Origin: Choristocarpus tenellus KU-1152
Taxonomy: Eukaryota > Protista > Phaeophyceae
Assembly: GCA_964200185.2 (NCBI GenBank)
Contig: CAXNAD020000014.1
Location: 1 to 48,209 of the forward strand
Reading direction: 5' to 3'
DNA: 48,209 nucleotides
Made by a program: the position numbers and the translations under genes. Below, piece by piece: positions 28,201 to 38,900 of this stretch (its first letter is position 1; every line of letters starts with the position of its first letter). Below the pieces are notes generated by a model. That model was not told where the DNA came from, did not search any database, and saw only the letters and a list, made by a program, of their open reading frames with translations.

Positions 28201-31200
28201 CAGTAACAGTATCCAACATAGACCATTTCTTCTTCCCTTACCCATGACCACCCTGATAATGCCACTCCAACCTCTAACCTTCAGTACCAGATAAAAATTA
28301 AATACAACTTTATTCCATGTATGTATACATATTCCATAAAATAGTTACAAAAAAGTGAATAAAAATGAAACCACTACTACAGAACATACACCCAAGTACA
28401 ATAGTATGGGTATCAAACTACATCATACTATAGTGGACCTATTGCAAGATGTGAATTGGCGAAGACCTGTACCTCTCATTACACTGCGTCCCTTCCCATC
28501 TACCTCTGTGCTTGTTACGAAGAATTCAGATTATTGTTTATTTATTGATCAAGTGAATCTATCTGAATCTCTCTTTTGAAGATACCCTGAAAACGAAAAA
28601 TGTTTTCTAATTTTTATCAATCAAAATGGTTCTATTTTTGTTAAAAAAAAAAAAGAGAGCGCAAAACAAAAGTTTGTTTTGTACTCTCATTCTCAGATGG
28701 CTCTATCCGTGATACAATAATAATAATAATAATAATAATGCAGCTTGCCGTTGTGCAATATAAAATAAAATAAAATGACCACGGGTAGCAACCGAGTCAG
28801 CCAGCCTTAAGCACCGATTTTGACATTTGAGTCCCTCTGAAAAAAAAAACAACAGAAAAATGGTAGTCCATTCCACCACAAGGATGCAATCCCTGCATGA
28901 CTTGAGAAGGAATTGCTCTGATTCAGGAGAAAAAAAAAGTAAAAATAACCCCCATATAAAAAAACAACATGGAAACAAAAACATCTGGTCACAGTATTTG
29001 TCACCTTCTCGATAATTTCACATTTGTATGTCGTTTAAGGTATGTACTACTGCAACACAGTGCCTACTCAAAATGTTGCTACAGCACCCACCTCCAGTTA
29101 CACTCTGAGTTAGACACTAGATCAAAATGAGATTCAACATGTTAAAACAACACTGAGACAATGCTCATCTACTACCATTACTATGGGCACTGTGAGATTG
29201 AAGTGAAGGGCACTTCTTATCGGCAAGGAAGATAAAAATTGCTTCATTTTAAATTCCGTAATGAATGAAAAACGCCACCTTTAAAAAAAAATGATGGGGA
29301 AAATAAGTTGCCAAATCATGATCAAAGCGACACCTTTTCATTGTCAAAAAATAACCTCATAGCATCAATAAGAACACCTTACAGTTGTAAATCTCAGACA
29401 TGATAATAATAAAAAAGACACAAATGTACCCCTCCTCAAACAATAGAGTGGTGTGAGTGACCTGCTGTCCTTCTAAGCAATGGACTACTCACCCGGTACC
29501 AAATTTTGTGAGTCCAGCATACGGCAACTCTTTGATGACGGTGAGACTGTTCCCCTCCAGAGCAACATTTTCCTCCCCATGCATGACCACTGTGAACTTG
29601 TCCGTTGTAGGTTCTGGGCCAATGTTCATGTTGGGAAAGTCGGCTCCCAGCAAGTGTCTGACAAACTGGCAAAAGAGGGAACAACCCCCCCCCCCCAGCA
29701 CTACTGCATTTAGAAATAGAACCGTTAGCAATAAAAAAATAAAACAGTGGTGGGACCCCAGCTTATGTAACGCAGGACAAATGTGGTTGCAGAGGGGGGT
29801 ATCAGTTAAGGGTAACGGTCAATATTGTTTACATATTTTTGGGTGAAACATTGATGTTAGGGTTAGGGTTGGTATATGTACAAGGAATAAAAAAACTTGC
29901 GCCAAATGAGGGGCAACATCACAAAGGCAGTTTGCTAATGTCGAGATGCATTGTACAAATCCATTGTGAGGCGTATTGTTTCAGCAATTCAGTATAGGGC
30001 ACAGACTATCACAACTGCTGCATGCATCTTCCCCTCTCCTTGACCTCAAACAAACACTAAGCCGTGAGTGTACAGCCCTGATTTACAACTAATTCGACTC
30101 ATGTCTGCACAGCATCATCAAGTGTACGTGCACTCTACTTCCTACCATGAAAATAACACAAGGCAAGGCCTGGATCCCCAGTAGCATTCCATAAAGCGAA
30201 CACCTTTGTACAGAAAGCAATCATGATAGGGTGCCTGACCAACCCCAGCCTCTTGACTTGGTAGTATTTCATTGGCAATTACTGGAGTGCCTTGAATCGA
30301 TATACCTCGCCATGAAAAAAGAAACCACATGCACATATATAACACTGACACAAGACAAACGAGTTTGTGACTTAGTGACAATTGAATTCCTGGTGGAACA
30401 CACCCTGGGTAGGACCTCTTAATGACGACAATCTGCCAAGTACACCCTTAAACAAAGTCAAACATAAAACACGATGACTAGCAAGTCCAAGGCCCCAGAC
30501 CTGCCAATGAAAGAACTGCCCAAAATATTTACATGTGTTCTACAGTTGAGCGAACATGTGGACTACAAGTGGTAACAGTGAGGTTTTGTCTTGTACCAGG
30601 ATAAAGGTTATAATGAAGCCTCTCAGAGTGTGATTGCCTGGCTTCTAATCAACAGAGTCCAAATTTGATCTTCATGGAATCATTTGGTTCGAGACTGCTG
30701 CAGTCCGATATCGATAGCATTTAAACAACAAACTCCAAAACATAGAATACCTTCCGAATGGCGTTGATCAGCACAAGGAGTTGATCAATGAAAGGCAATG
30801 AGGGTAGTAACAGGATATGGATGGAAGGGGACTCACAGTTGTTTTCCCTGTGGAGTACTGCCCGATTATAAGCACATGGCTCTTGGCCGCAAGGTCAGTG
30901 TCAGTGATTGCATCGTAGTGGAGCTGACCAAACATGAAGGTTTCTTCCAAAGGGCGCAGCTTTTCCCTGACACCAGGGACGAATGGGATTTCCAGGGAGT
31001 GAGTGGGTGCCCTGGAGGGCTTACAAACATGAAAAATTGCATCTGTGTTCAGCCACAAACCCCGAACCTAAGACATTGGTTGCTTGCAGAATGCAAGCAC
31101 AATAAGCAATAAACGCCCGTGGGCATACACATGCTCCTCTGCTTCAGTGTAATTCCTTTTCTCATTCATCATGTACAAAAAAAAAAGGTGTTTCACTAAC

Positions 31201-31820
31201 AAAGTTGACTATAGGTGAAGCAAGAAGGCCTCGAGAGGTTAGCACGGAAAAGGCAAGGAAAGGTGCCTCCTATACTACTCCACATACTATTTCCGAACTC
31301 TTATCCTCCTCTCTCCCTTCTGAGCCGCCCATTAGTGATGGTGTGTCATCTCCATGAAATCAACACCTGTAAAGTCTTTGCAGACCGAAAATAACTTTCT
31401 GAGATGTTGCATCCCGTTGCTGGACAACGTACTTCAGTGGTGTCTCCTCCCCAGTACCATTGAAACCAGATACTGACGATAGCAATCCCGCATGAGTGTG
31501 ATGAAAGCACAAGATAGAAAGCCAGCGGAAAGAGAGATGTAGCGCAACAGGAACACTAGGAAGGTTGAAGTAACATCAACTGCTTAGAAGGGATGCAAGG
31601 ATGTTAAAGAAAGAACTCGGGACTCAGTGAGGTAGGTGTCCTTCCATCAAACCACGCATTTACTCGCGCTGAAGTATAATAGATCAACAAAAAGTCAAGT
31701 GTAATGTGTTGCATTCTGCACGGGAACCAACTCTCTGGAAATAAATCACGTAACACAACCACATGTCCCATCTTTCTGTTATGACCGACCTCCTATCTCC
31801 AGTGGCACACTCCGTTCCAT
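6053..31820 (-). CDS. EHD: EHD/RME-1-family dynamin-like ATPase, 14-exon gene model, about 615 aa, no EH domain detected
   Basis: Exons 5'->3': 31820-31790 (tentative), 31472-31367, 30966-30837, 29665-29493, 26306-26180, 23901-23815, 22456-22370, 21033-20932, 17999-17860, 14251-14167, 12170-12018, 10832-10736, 9591-9338, 6328-6053. All introns are GT-AG with matching phases, total 1848 nt. Motifs: [15 protein letters not shown]-loop [84 protein letters not shown]. Confidence 0.92.
9338..9591 (-). CDS. EHD-like exon, C-terminal tail
   Basis: Poly-T tract plus gaag| acceptor, open frame [14 protein letters not shown]...[10 protein letters not shown], |gtgagt donor. Confidence 0.7.
10736..10832 (-). 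CDS. EHD-like exon, C-terminal tail
   Basis: [32 protein letters not shown], with acag| and |gtacac boundaries. Phases fit both neighbours. Confidence 0.72.
12018..12170 (-). CDS. EHD: EHD-like exon (end of helical domain)
   Basis: [51 protein letters not shown], with acag| and |gtgctc boundaries. Confidence 0.92.
13342..13611. mobile_element. MITE family B, copy 2 (inverted)
   Basis: Ends gagtcagagcaatcgagagaggta / tacctctcatttactttgtgtc. Inverted homology to 5046-5300. Confidence 0.75.
14167..14251 (-). CDS. EHD: EHD-like exon (helical domain)
   Basis: [29 protein letters not shown], with tcag| and |gtgagg boundaries. Confidence 0.92.
15925..15995 (-). mobile_element. Possible tRNA-derived SINE head (decayed)
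   Basis: Minus strand has the B-box-like GGTTCAAATCCC. No convincing cloverleaf. Confidence 0.25.
16239..16274 (+). repeat. (CTA)n microsatellite
   Basis: Direct reading. Confidence 0.95.
16637..16762 (+). repeat. AT-rich ~26-bp tandem repeat with embedded (TA)n
   Basis: Repeated ttgattactattattaatttatataa-like units. Confidence 0.8.
17128..17366. mobile_element. Candidate MITE family C, 3-bp TSD AGT
   Basis: Ends gagtgt.../...acactc flanked by AGT on both sides, and similar in size to families A and B. Confidence 0.45.
17571..17613 (+). repeat. (CAGTAC)n microsatellite
   Basis: Direct reading, about 7 units. Confidence 0.95.
17860..17999 (-). CDS. EHD: EHD-like exon (helical domain)
   Basis: [46 protein letters not shown], with ccag| and |gtgtgt boundaries. 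Confidence 0.93.
20932..21033 (-). CDS. EHD: EHD-like exon
   Basis: [34 protein letters not shown], with atag| and |gtaagt boundaries. Confidence 0.95.
22370..22456 (-). CDS. EHD: EHD-like exon with NKAD (G4)
   Basis: [29 protein letters not shown], with tcag| and |gtgaga boundaries. This frame is not in the ORF track. Confidence 0.93.
23815..23901 (-). CDS. EHD: EHD-like exon
   Basis: [29 protein letters not shown], with aaag| and |gtactg boundaries. Confidence 0.95.
25081..25160 (+). repeat. ~26-bp tandem repeat, 3 copies
   Basis: ttgatttcaataatcaata.... repeated three times. Confidence 0.85.
25315..25337 (+). repeat. Interstitial telomere-like (AACCCT)n
   Basis: aaccctaaccctaaccctaacct, one of many short intronic copies. 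Confidence 0.85.
26180..26306 (-). CDS. EHD: EHD-like exon with DTPG (G3)
   Basis: ccag| acceptor and |gtacat donor. [42 protein letters not shown]. Confidence 0.95.
26316..26352 (+). repeat. (AGGGC)n pentamer repeat next to an EHD acceptor
   Basis: Reads (GCCCT)n in the pre-mRNA sense, about 10 nt from the AG. Confidence 0.9.
27781..27808 (+). repeat. Interstitial telomere-like (AACCCT)n
   Basis: acctaaccctaaccctaaccccaaccct. Confidence 0.85.
29493..29665 (-). CDS. EHD: EHD-like exon with IGPEPTTD (G2)
   Basis: gccag| acceptor and |gtgagt donor. [30 protein letters not shown]...GLTKFGT. Confidence 0.95.
30837..30966 (-). CDS. EHD: EHD-like exon with P-loop GQYSTGKTT
   Basis: tcag| acceptor and |gtgagt donor. 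[43 protein letters not shown]. Confidence 0.95.
31367..31472 (-). CDS. EHD: EHD-like exon (..[19 protein letters not shown])
   Basis: AG|gtgttg donor, phase 2, joins the next exon to give GLQRLYREKLRP. The 5' boundary is uncertain. Confidence 0.8.
31790..31820 (-). CDS. EHD-like gene, tentative first coding exon ([10 protein letters not shown])
   Basis: ATG at 31820 and G|gtcggt donor. Phase 1 fits the acceptor at 31472. No homology support. Confidence 0.3.
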
Positions 31821-32232
31821 GATGATTCGTTTGCCTTCCTTGGATGGACGTAGTCTTGACAGACCTTGCCCAGACTTTGCCTCCCAAACAGAGTTTGATA
31901 CTTCGGATTGTTATAGTTTAGTGTTTCCAACGTTGTCCGACACTGTCAAACAAAGTTTTGTTCAAAATGAAGGTACCTATTTTAGTGTTAGGGCTTTTCT
32001 GAACCGTTTTTTTTAAGGTTTTGAACATATCATATTCAAAGAGTATAGTAAGAAGGACATAAGGAGGGTATAGCACTACTTTCCCAAGGGTCAGGAAGGA
32101 AAGTACAAGAACCTTTGACTCACCAAAGTGTTGCAAATTTCAGGTCAAATCTTTGATAGAGACTCCACCGGCTTCCTGATGATGTTACTTGAGTAGCGAG
32201 CAAAGGCGCAGGTCAAAGGGGAGTTGTGGGCC
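31821..32232. promoter_or_regulatory. Candidate bidirectional promoter and 5' UTRs between the divergent EHD-like and SCAPER-like genes
   Basis: Inferred from gene geometry only. The EHD start is tentative. Confidence 0.5.
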
Positions 32233-32510
32233 ATGGCTACAGAGCCACCGAGCACCCCCAAGGAATCAAATTCCCCAATGCCCCCATCAGTTTCACACTT
32301 GCTGGCGGAAACTGACCTCAAGCGAAACAGTAATGCTTTGCAGCAGTTGCTGGCCAAAGATGGCCATGATGCACGCAATATCGTATCTTGGCGAGTGCCA
32401 AACGACAAGGGTGGATGTGGCATTGTAGATATTCGAGCCAGTCCTGGAAGGGGCTCAGGTGCGGGGAATACGCAAAGCCGTGAAGTTTCCAGAGAGAGAG
32501 AAAACACTCG
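32233..32510 (+). CDS. SCAPER: SCAPER-like exon 1 (MATEPPSTPK...)
   Basis: gccATGg start context and CG|gtgaga donor, phase 2. Confidence 0.78.
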
Positions 32511-32916
32511 GTGAGATTTGGAGTGGGGTGAAAGTGTTTCAGATAGGGCGTATGATATTGGATCCGACATTACTTGCTTGTTATTAATGCCAAGATTGGA
32601 CCATCGAAATACTGATACATCCCTGCAATTGCGGGGACCTTGTAGTGTATTGAGTCTACTAGTTTCAGGGATGGAGAGGTTGGATGGAAGAGTGCTCATA
32701 TTGACTATGGGGACGAGAAATATAAAGAGAGGCTACCGTACACAACTGACTAGAAGTGAGTGTGCCTGTCACCGTGCCTGCCACCAAAGCATCCAGTCTC
32801 AGTTTGGCCGTGACGAAATGGTCAAGGATTTCCACATCTCAATTGGTGCTTTCCTTCTTGCTACATAAGGGCTCACGTATATTGCATGGAAGGAACTTCG
32901 CACACGGGCGTGCGCC

Positions 32917-32959
<43 letters not shown>

Positions 32960-35900
32960 ACACGTAAACACACCCAAACTCAACAAAGATTCACCCTCAC
33001 TCGCACGGACGCACGCGCATCACCAGAGACAGAAGGAAGAGCCCTGTTACTAGTCCCTTCAAGTACCGTTCAAGTAATTCTGGGGGCAGTGCGAACTCCT
33101 CCAAGGAGACACCAACATGGTGTAGGGGTCAAGGCGGAGACCACACAGCAGTGGGATTCAGCCAACGACTATGGGGCTACCTTTTTCGAAATGTCAACCG
33201 GTGCGCGTGGTTGATGCTTTCATTGAAAACAAACAACATGCAGTGTTATGGATGTAGTGTTGGTGTGTGATTGCGTTGGGTCCTACTCAAGTCCTTCAGG
33301 TTGTGCCTCATGTTCCTAATGAACGGGTGGATTCAGATTTTGGATGTATAGGTTGTGCAGATGGCTGTAGTGTTCTGAGGCTTGATCTACTCCTGAAGGC
33401 CTGAACTTGGAACATGTACTGTGGAACACTAACCATTTCAAGTGGTAATCCGTGGCTGACTCACATTTTGAGTACCCAACAGCTGCATTAACTGTAGCAC
33501 TAGAATACAGAAAGGAAATGTTTGATGTCTTAGATATACTTCTTGGTTTTTTCAAAGTTCGATAATTTGCAATGAGCTGACCCTCGCACTGTCCATTTAT
33601 GGTGGGTATGAGCTGTGCCTGGAACGAAAATACTGCCTGCAGGCGCCTCATCCTTCTTCCTACCACAGCCTTTGCAACAGCCTTAAGTTAAAGTGATGCC
33701 TTGATGACTTCCTCTTGGAAGTTACAGACTTGATGATCACACTCCAACCTCACCCCATCCCTGAGAATCATATGTTGCGCCTTGTTGTGTGTTGGGTTTT
33801 GATGGTATGGTATGGCATGCAGAGCTGTAGATGAGCTCTACTACCTGTGTGAAGCTGAAGGTAGCACACGGCACTGCAACGAGGCTGCCGACCTCCTTGA
33901 TGGGTGAGTGATATAATCTTCAGGTCAAAGGGCTAGTGGGCTTTTTTGTAGGATGCACTTTTGTTTTGCAGTAGGTAGTAGTTGTAGATTGCATTTTGAG
34001 TTGCAAGCAACATCACATTATGTAAGAGAGACAGAGCTTGCTTCATGTAAACAAGCGAGACCCCAAGCATACATATCTCCTGTAGACATGATCAAAATCA
34101 GGTAGGTTTCTCACAATCAGTCACATAGTGTGGAGATGCAATTGTGTGTGACCAAGCTCAGATTATGTGCAATTCTGGGACAAGATCGTGTGTGCAACAA
34201 GCAACGTGCAGGGTTTGTTTTTGTTCGCTGCGGATGGTGTATGACTGGCCTCAACTCCCAGGTCTTTGGTGGTCTCAGGTTGCTGTTTAGTCTGGTTTGC
34301 AGTGTCATCATTGATATGCAAGCAAGCACTCAAGTAATTTGAAATACACTTAGTTTGAAGTAGGTGGTAGTCGGTTTTGCAAACCAACTGCCGGTTTTGT
34401 CTAGCTTGTTCATATTTTGGGGATGTGTGACCCGTTGTTGCTTACTTGACATCCATGATAGGCAGGCCTCTTGAGTATTTCTTTGATTAGCTCTGTGTAC
34501 TCTAGGAATATTTTATTTGCATACATATCAATGCCAGGTTCGAGTATGAGTACATGATAAACATAAAAGAAACAAGTACTGGGTACAAGTACAAAGTACA
34601 AGCACACTGTACAATTCTCCCTTCACCTTGCAATTCTCTGGTACATCCTTGTCCTGGGTCACTGCTATTGATGAAGGAGCGTTTCCATTCTACACATAAT
34701 TGGGTGCTGATCCTATTTATATGTTGCTGTTGCTATTGAAATATTTGAACCTCTTGGCCGCTTGGATCTGGGTATGTCTTTCAGAATGACACATATGCTA
34801 TGGTGACTGCTGTCCTGAAGCGTTGATATGAATCCGAAGACGTAAGGACCATTGTTCAGTGAAAATATCCAAATCCATCTCTCTGCAGCAACATTGGAAG
34901 ACCCCAGTACAACAACACACCTGTGTGCTTGAGGATAGTGCTCTCCTATACTCGTTTTCTTTTCCTGTGTGTGAAAATCTGTGCTTATCTTTTTCTGTTA
35001 GGGTACTAACTGTACTGTAGAATTGATGTGTAAGAGTTTCTGGTGCAGAGGTGCTGATGCAAACATATAATCTCGTAGGTTTTTCTCTGGAAGTTTCAAT
35101 GTTGTGTTCTTGGGATCTATACTAGTCAGTGTATCATCCACTGGAGACAAATTCAAACAACTGTCAGCCTCCTCTCTTTTGTTGTGCACCATTCGATCAA
35201 ATATCTGAACACACCCCTCTTTCCAAAGATTTTTTTTTTTGATGTGAAGATGGAACCTGTCTTTGTCTTAGCATAGCCATGACCCCAGCCTGCTAGTTGC
35301 AGTATAGAAAAGAGGCATCAATGATGCTTAGATTAGCTGTCTTGAACATCCATCCCACGCTTGCATATTCCAAAGATTTGTCAGTCGCTTTAACTTTGGA
35401 GAGGTTTCAATAATAGTTTTTCAATAATACCCCACATGTGCACTTGCCCCAAGATGTGGACGGGACTTTAGGAAGCTAGTGGAGCGGATTGCAGACCAGA
35501 GGCGTTTTGAAGATGAGCACCGGGCTGCCAGAGCTCAAGGTTTGGGCTTGGGCGAGGCAAGCAGGACACCTGGGGGGGAGGGTCGCAAGACTAAGAGGAA
35601 GAGCTCAGGGGATGGAGAGGCTTGTATTGCAGTAGACAGTGGCCCGCGGAAACCAAGGGGACTTGTCTGGGAGGTGAACTTCTGTTTCCATTAGAGTGAA
35701 AATGTCTTGAGGGTACGAGTTTTGTTCTTTTTGTCCATTAGGGGCTTGACTTTCTATGGGTTTTTTTATGACATTTTCCTATTCCTAATGTTTTGGAGTA
35801 GGTATCATGTGTATGTCTGGAACAAGGATATTGACACTTCCTAACAAACACGATAGCCAAAGTAACATCGAAATCGGAGCATTGGAATTTAGGCCCCAAA

Positions 35901-38900
35901 TGGACGCGCGGCTCTACACTCTAAGATACTTTGACTCATATTCCTATCGTAACACTGCTCTTGACTCTTGCACACATGGCGTGATGCATGTTGGGGCCAA
36001 CCTGTACTAGTGTGTGTTCCTTCTTCCCCACTCCCTTCTCCCTGCGAGCATCCTGTCTTCATCTTGAAAGTGTCACTCTGTACAGCATTCTTCATCTCTG
36101 GTTTGCTCTTCTTACCTTCTTTATCACTGAGGGTTTTAATGTTGGGGATGTGTTTGCTGTGATAGATATGAAGTAAATTTTGTGCCCTACTCCAAAAGCA
36201 GCAGCAAAGTGTATTCTGGCTCTCAAAGAGTGATTTTATTCATCCTGAGGTTTAGGGGTCAGTCAGGTTGTGTGTGGCTTCAGACGTTACATCTGAATAC
36301 GGTTTCAACCATCCATAAGCTCGAATCATGTCTTGGAGTACTTAGTTCTTTGGCACCTCCAATAATTAGTGACAAAATTTGTCTCCTACAGCCTTCCTTT
36401 CCTTCACTGCAATGACTGGTGCAGTATCCCCTACCCTCCCCCCCCTCTCCCAAACTTTTGTTGTGAATTAATAAAGGTGCGCAAAACTATGCCTGCCTCC
36501 GGTGGTAGTGCAATCAGCTCCATCATCATCAATGCCATTGAGCGTATGGATAGCTATGTATCCACCAAAGACACAACCAAAAATCTTCAAGGAGCGTTGG
36601 CTGGAGCTTCCACTGAGAGTACAGTTTCTCTTCTACAGGATTCACATCAAGGTGTGCATACAGTATTGACAGGTGGTTTTCAGGAGATTGTTCAGGAGGG
36701 TGGCCAAGAAGCACATTGTGCTGGTGAAGATGTGAATCACAATAGTGGCAACTCAGGCAATTCTGAGGATAGGGAGGGACGCGTTTCTCCACTTGTAGGT
36801 GTCCCTGTGGTGCCAGCTGCAGCGCTCTCGGTATTGCCCAACATAGGTGGAGACAGTGAAGAGGGTAACCAGCGTGATATTGTAGCTGATATGTCAGTTT
36901 CATATCCAAAGACAACTGCTGATGGTGAATGTCCGCTTGTGAGTTCTGGAATTGATGCAGGTGCTGCTGATGTTGCTGAGGGTGGGGGAGGAATGGATAA
37001 GAATATTGGGCAAGGAGCTCAAGAGTGGACGGAGAACACATCGCTGCACAGAGGTGGGGCAGGGGAAACAGATGCAATGGTCTTCATTGTGGGTGAGTCT
37101 GCAGCAGCTCATGTCACAAGCACAAAAGGTGGGCAGTTGGTGACAAGGGAAGATTTGAACCAAGTGGAGAGAAATTCCATAGAGAGCTCAGATGGAGTGA
37201 GTCATCTGGATGCCCCAGCTGAACCTCAGGCCCAAGTCCAAGTCAAAGCGAATACCCAAACCAAAGATAAAGCCAGCGGGGTGGGTAACTCTCCAACAAG
37301 ACCTTTGAAACTTGTCTCAGTCACAGCAGACTCGAGCTTAGCAGCTGAGAAATCCTCTCAGGTCCCATCTCGCCTCAACCCTAAAGCTACCCCATTTAGC
37401 TTCAACCCAAGGGCCACTGCATTCAGTCCCAGTTCCATGCCCTCATCACCCAAGAGTTCAATGCCTCATGTGCATTCTACTGAGGTAGAGGCTGGGCTGT
37501 GCTCCACTCCTTCCAGTAAGTTGGACCATATTCCTAACCCAGATCCAGTTCTAGTACCAGTCAAGATACAAGTGCCAGATCTGGCCCCAGCCCCCAATGG
37601 AACCTTGGCCATTGACCAGGGACAAATCAATTCCCCTGCCCCGAGCAAAGCCATCCTCCCTACCCCCTTCGCATTCTCATCCAAAGACCCTCTCTCTCCA
37701 TCTCCTTCTGATGGTTTGATGCCTGGTGGTGAGCCTGTGTCTTCTAGTGGACCTAAAAGTACTCCTGATGCTGTCACCACAGTTGAGGTTGCGGTTGTTG
37801 CAGGGGGGACCGAGGTCCATGCTGAGAGTGGACCTGAAGCTGGTCTTCCTGCCACAACTGTGCCAGCTACTTCCTCTGCTCTTGAACCAAGAAGTGTTAC
37901 TGTAACACCGCTTCATCTCCCGGTGAGTAATCTGTCGCCAGAGTGAGAGGAGGAGTCAAGAGACATTGAGGGTGAGTTGTTTTTTGCTGGGCAACTATTG
38001 AGGGTGTGTGATCTATTTGTTTTTTCCAATAACATTTGATGTTGTTGATGATTACATGTTCTAGCTTTAAGTGCCTGTGCTTGGAGGTGTGCACCAGTGT
38101 GAGGTATTGCTTTAGTACCTGAATACTTCATTAGTTATCATAAAGCAACCACTCAAGAATCTCCTTGGAACATCATTTTTCTTTTCGAGACAGTACTCTT
38201 GATTTTTCATACCTTTGCAGCACAGTACCGGTAGGATGAGAACCATCCCATAAGTCATATCCTTAGGTGCTTTCAGTTCTATTTTCTGCCCCACCTATCC
38301 ATATGTCCTCAACTATCGCATGTCACCTAGGTTCTTTCTTGTTTGAGTAACAAGAGGCAGACATGTTTGCCTGCTGTGCAATCCTCCCTTCCCTGCCTTT
38401 TGTCACTTCCATACGCAACTCACCTTATCAACATGCCATATAACACAACACCAACAAATTGCAGGTGGACAGCAAGTGGTCTCAGCGACCAAAGCTAACC
38501 CCTGATGGACCAAGCAAGAAGTGGATAGAGAAGAGCAAGACTAGAGGCGGTGCAGGAGTGATTTCAACAAAGACCCTTAAACACAAAGGAACAGGTCAAA
38601 CTCCAACCTTTAGTCTCATGCCTACTTTAGGAGCTCTTGCCAGTGCAAAGGAAGATATCCCCCAGAGCAGCACCCAAAGCACCTTTGAAAGTGTCAGGGG
38701 GCAAGAGGACCCCAAGACCAAGCACCAGCCTAGAGATGTTTTGGGGGGTATTACTGGGAAGGCTATGGATGTTGAAGATTCCCAGCTGCTGGACGGCCTC
38801 TTGGGTGGAGAGAATGACACCGAAGATCCGGATTCTGCTTACTTCACGGCCACGGAGAAAATATGGGCTGAGGCTGAAGCGTGGGTTGAGGCAGAGGCTC

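Noticed and set aside
32145-32699. 184-aa minus-strand ORF as the EHD N-terminus
   Set aside because: Antisense shadow of SCAPER exon 1. It ends in a stop and has no motif.
32756-33214. ORF-track frame (..SANDYGATFFEMSTG) as exon 2
   Set aside because: A different frame gives WGYLFRNVNR, which fits SCAPER and the phase of exon 3.
36369-37946. The 525-aa ORF as a stand-alone gene
   Set aside because: It is bounded by splice sites at 36477 and 37922 and completes the WEVRK motif from the previous exon, so it is an internal exon.
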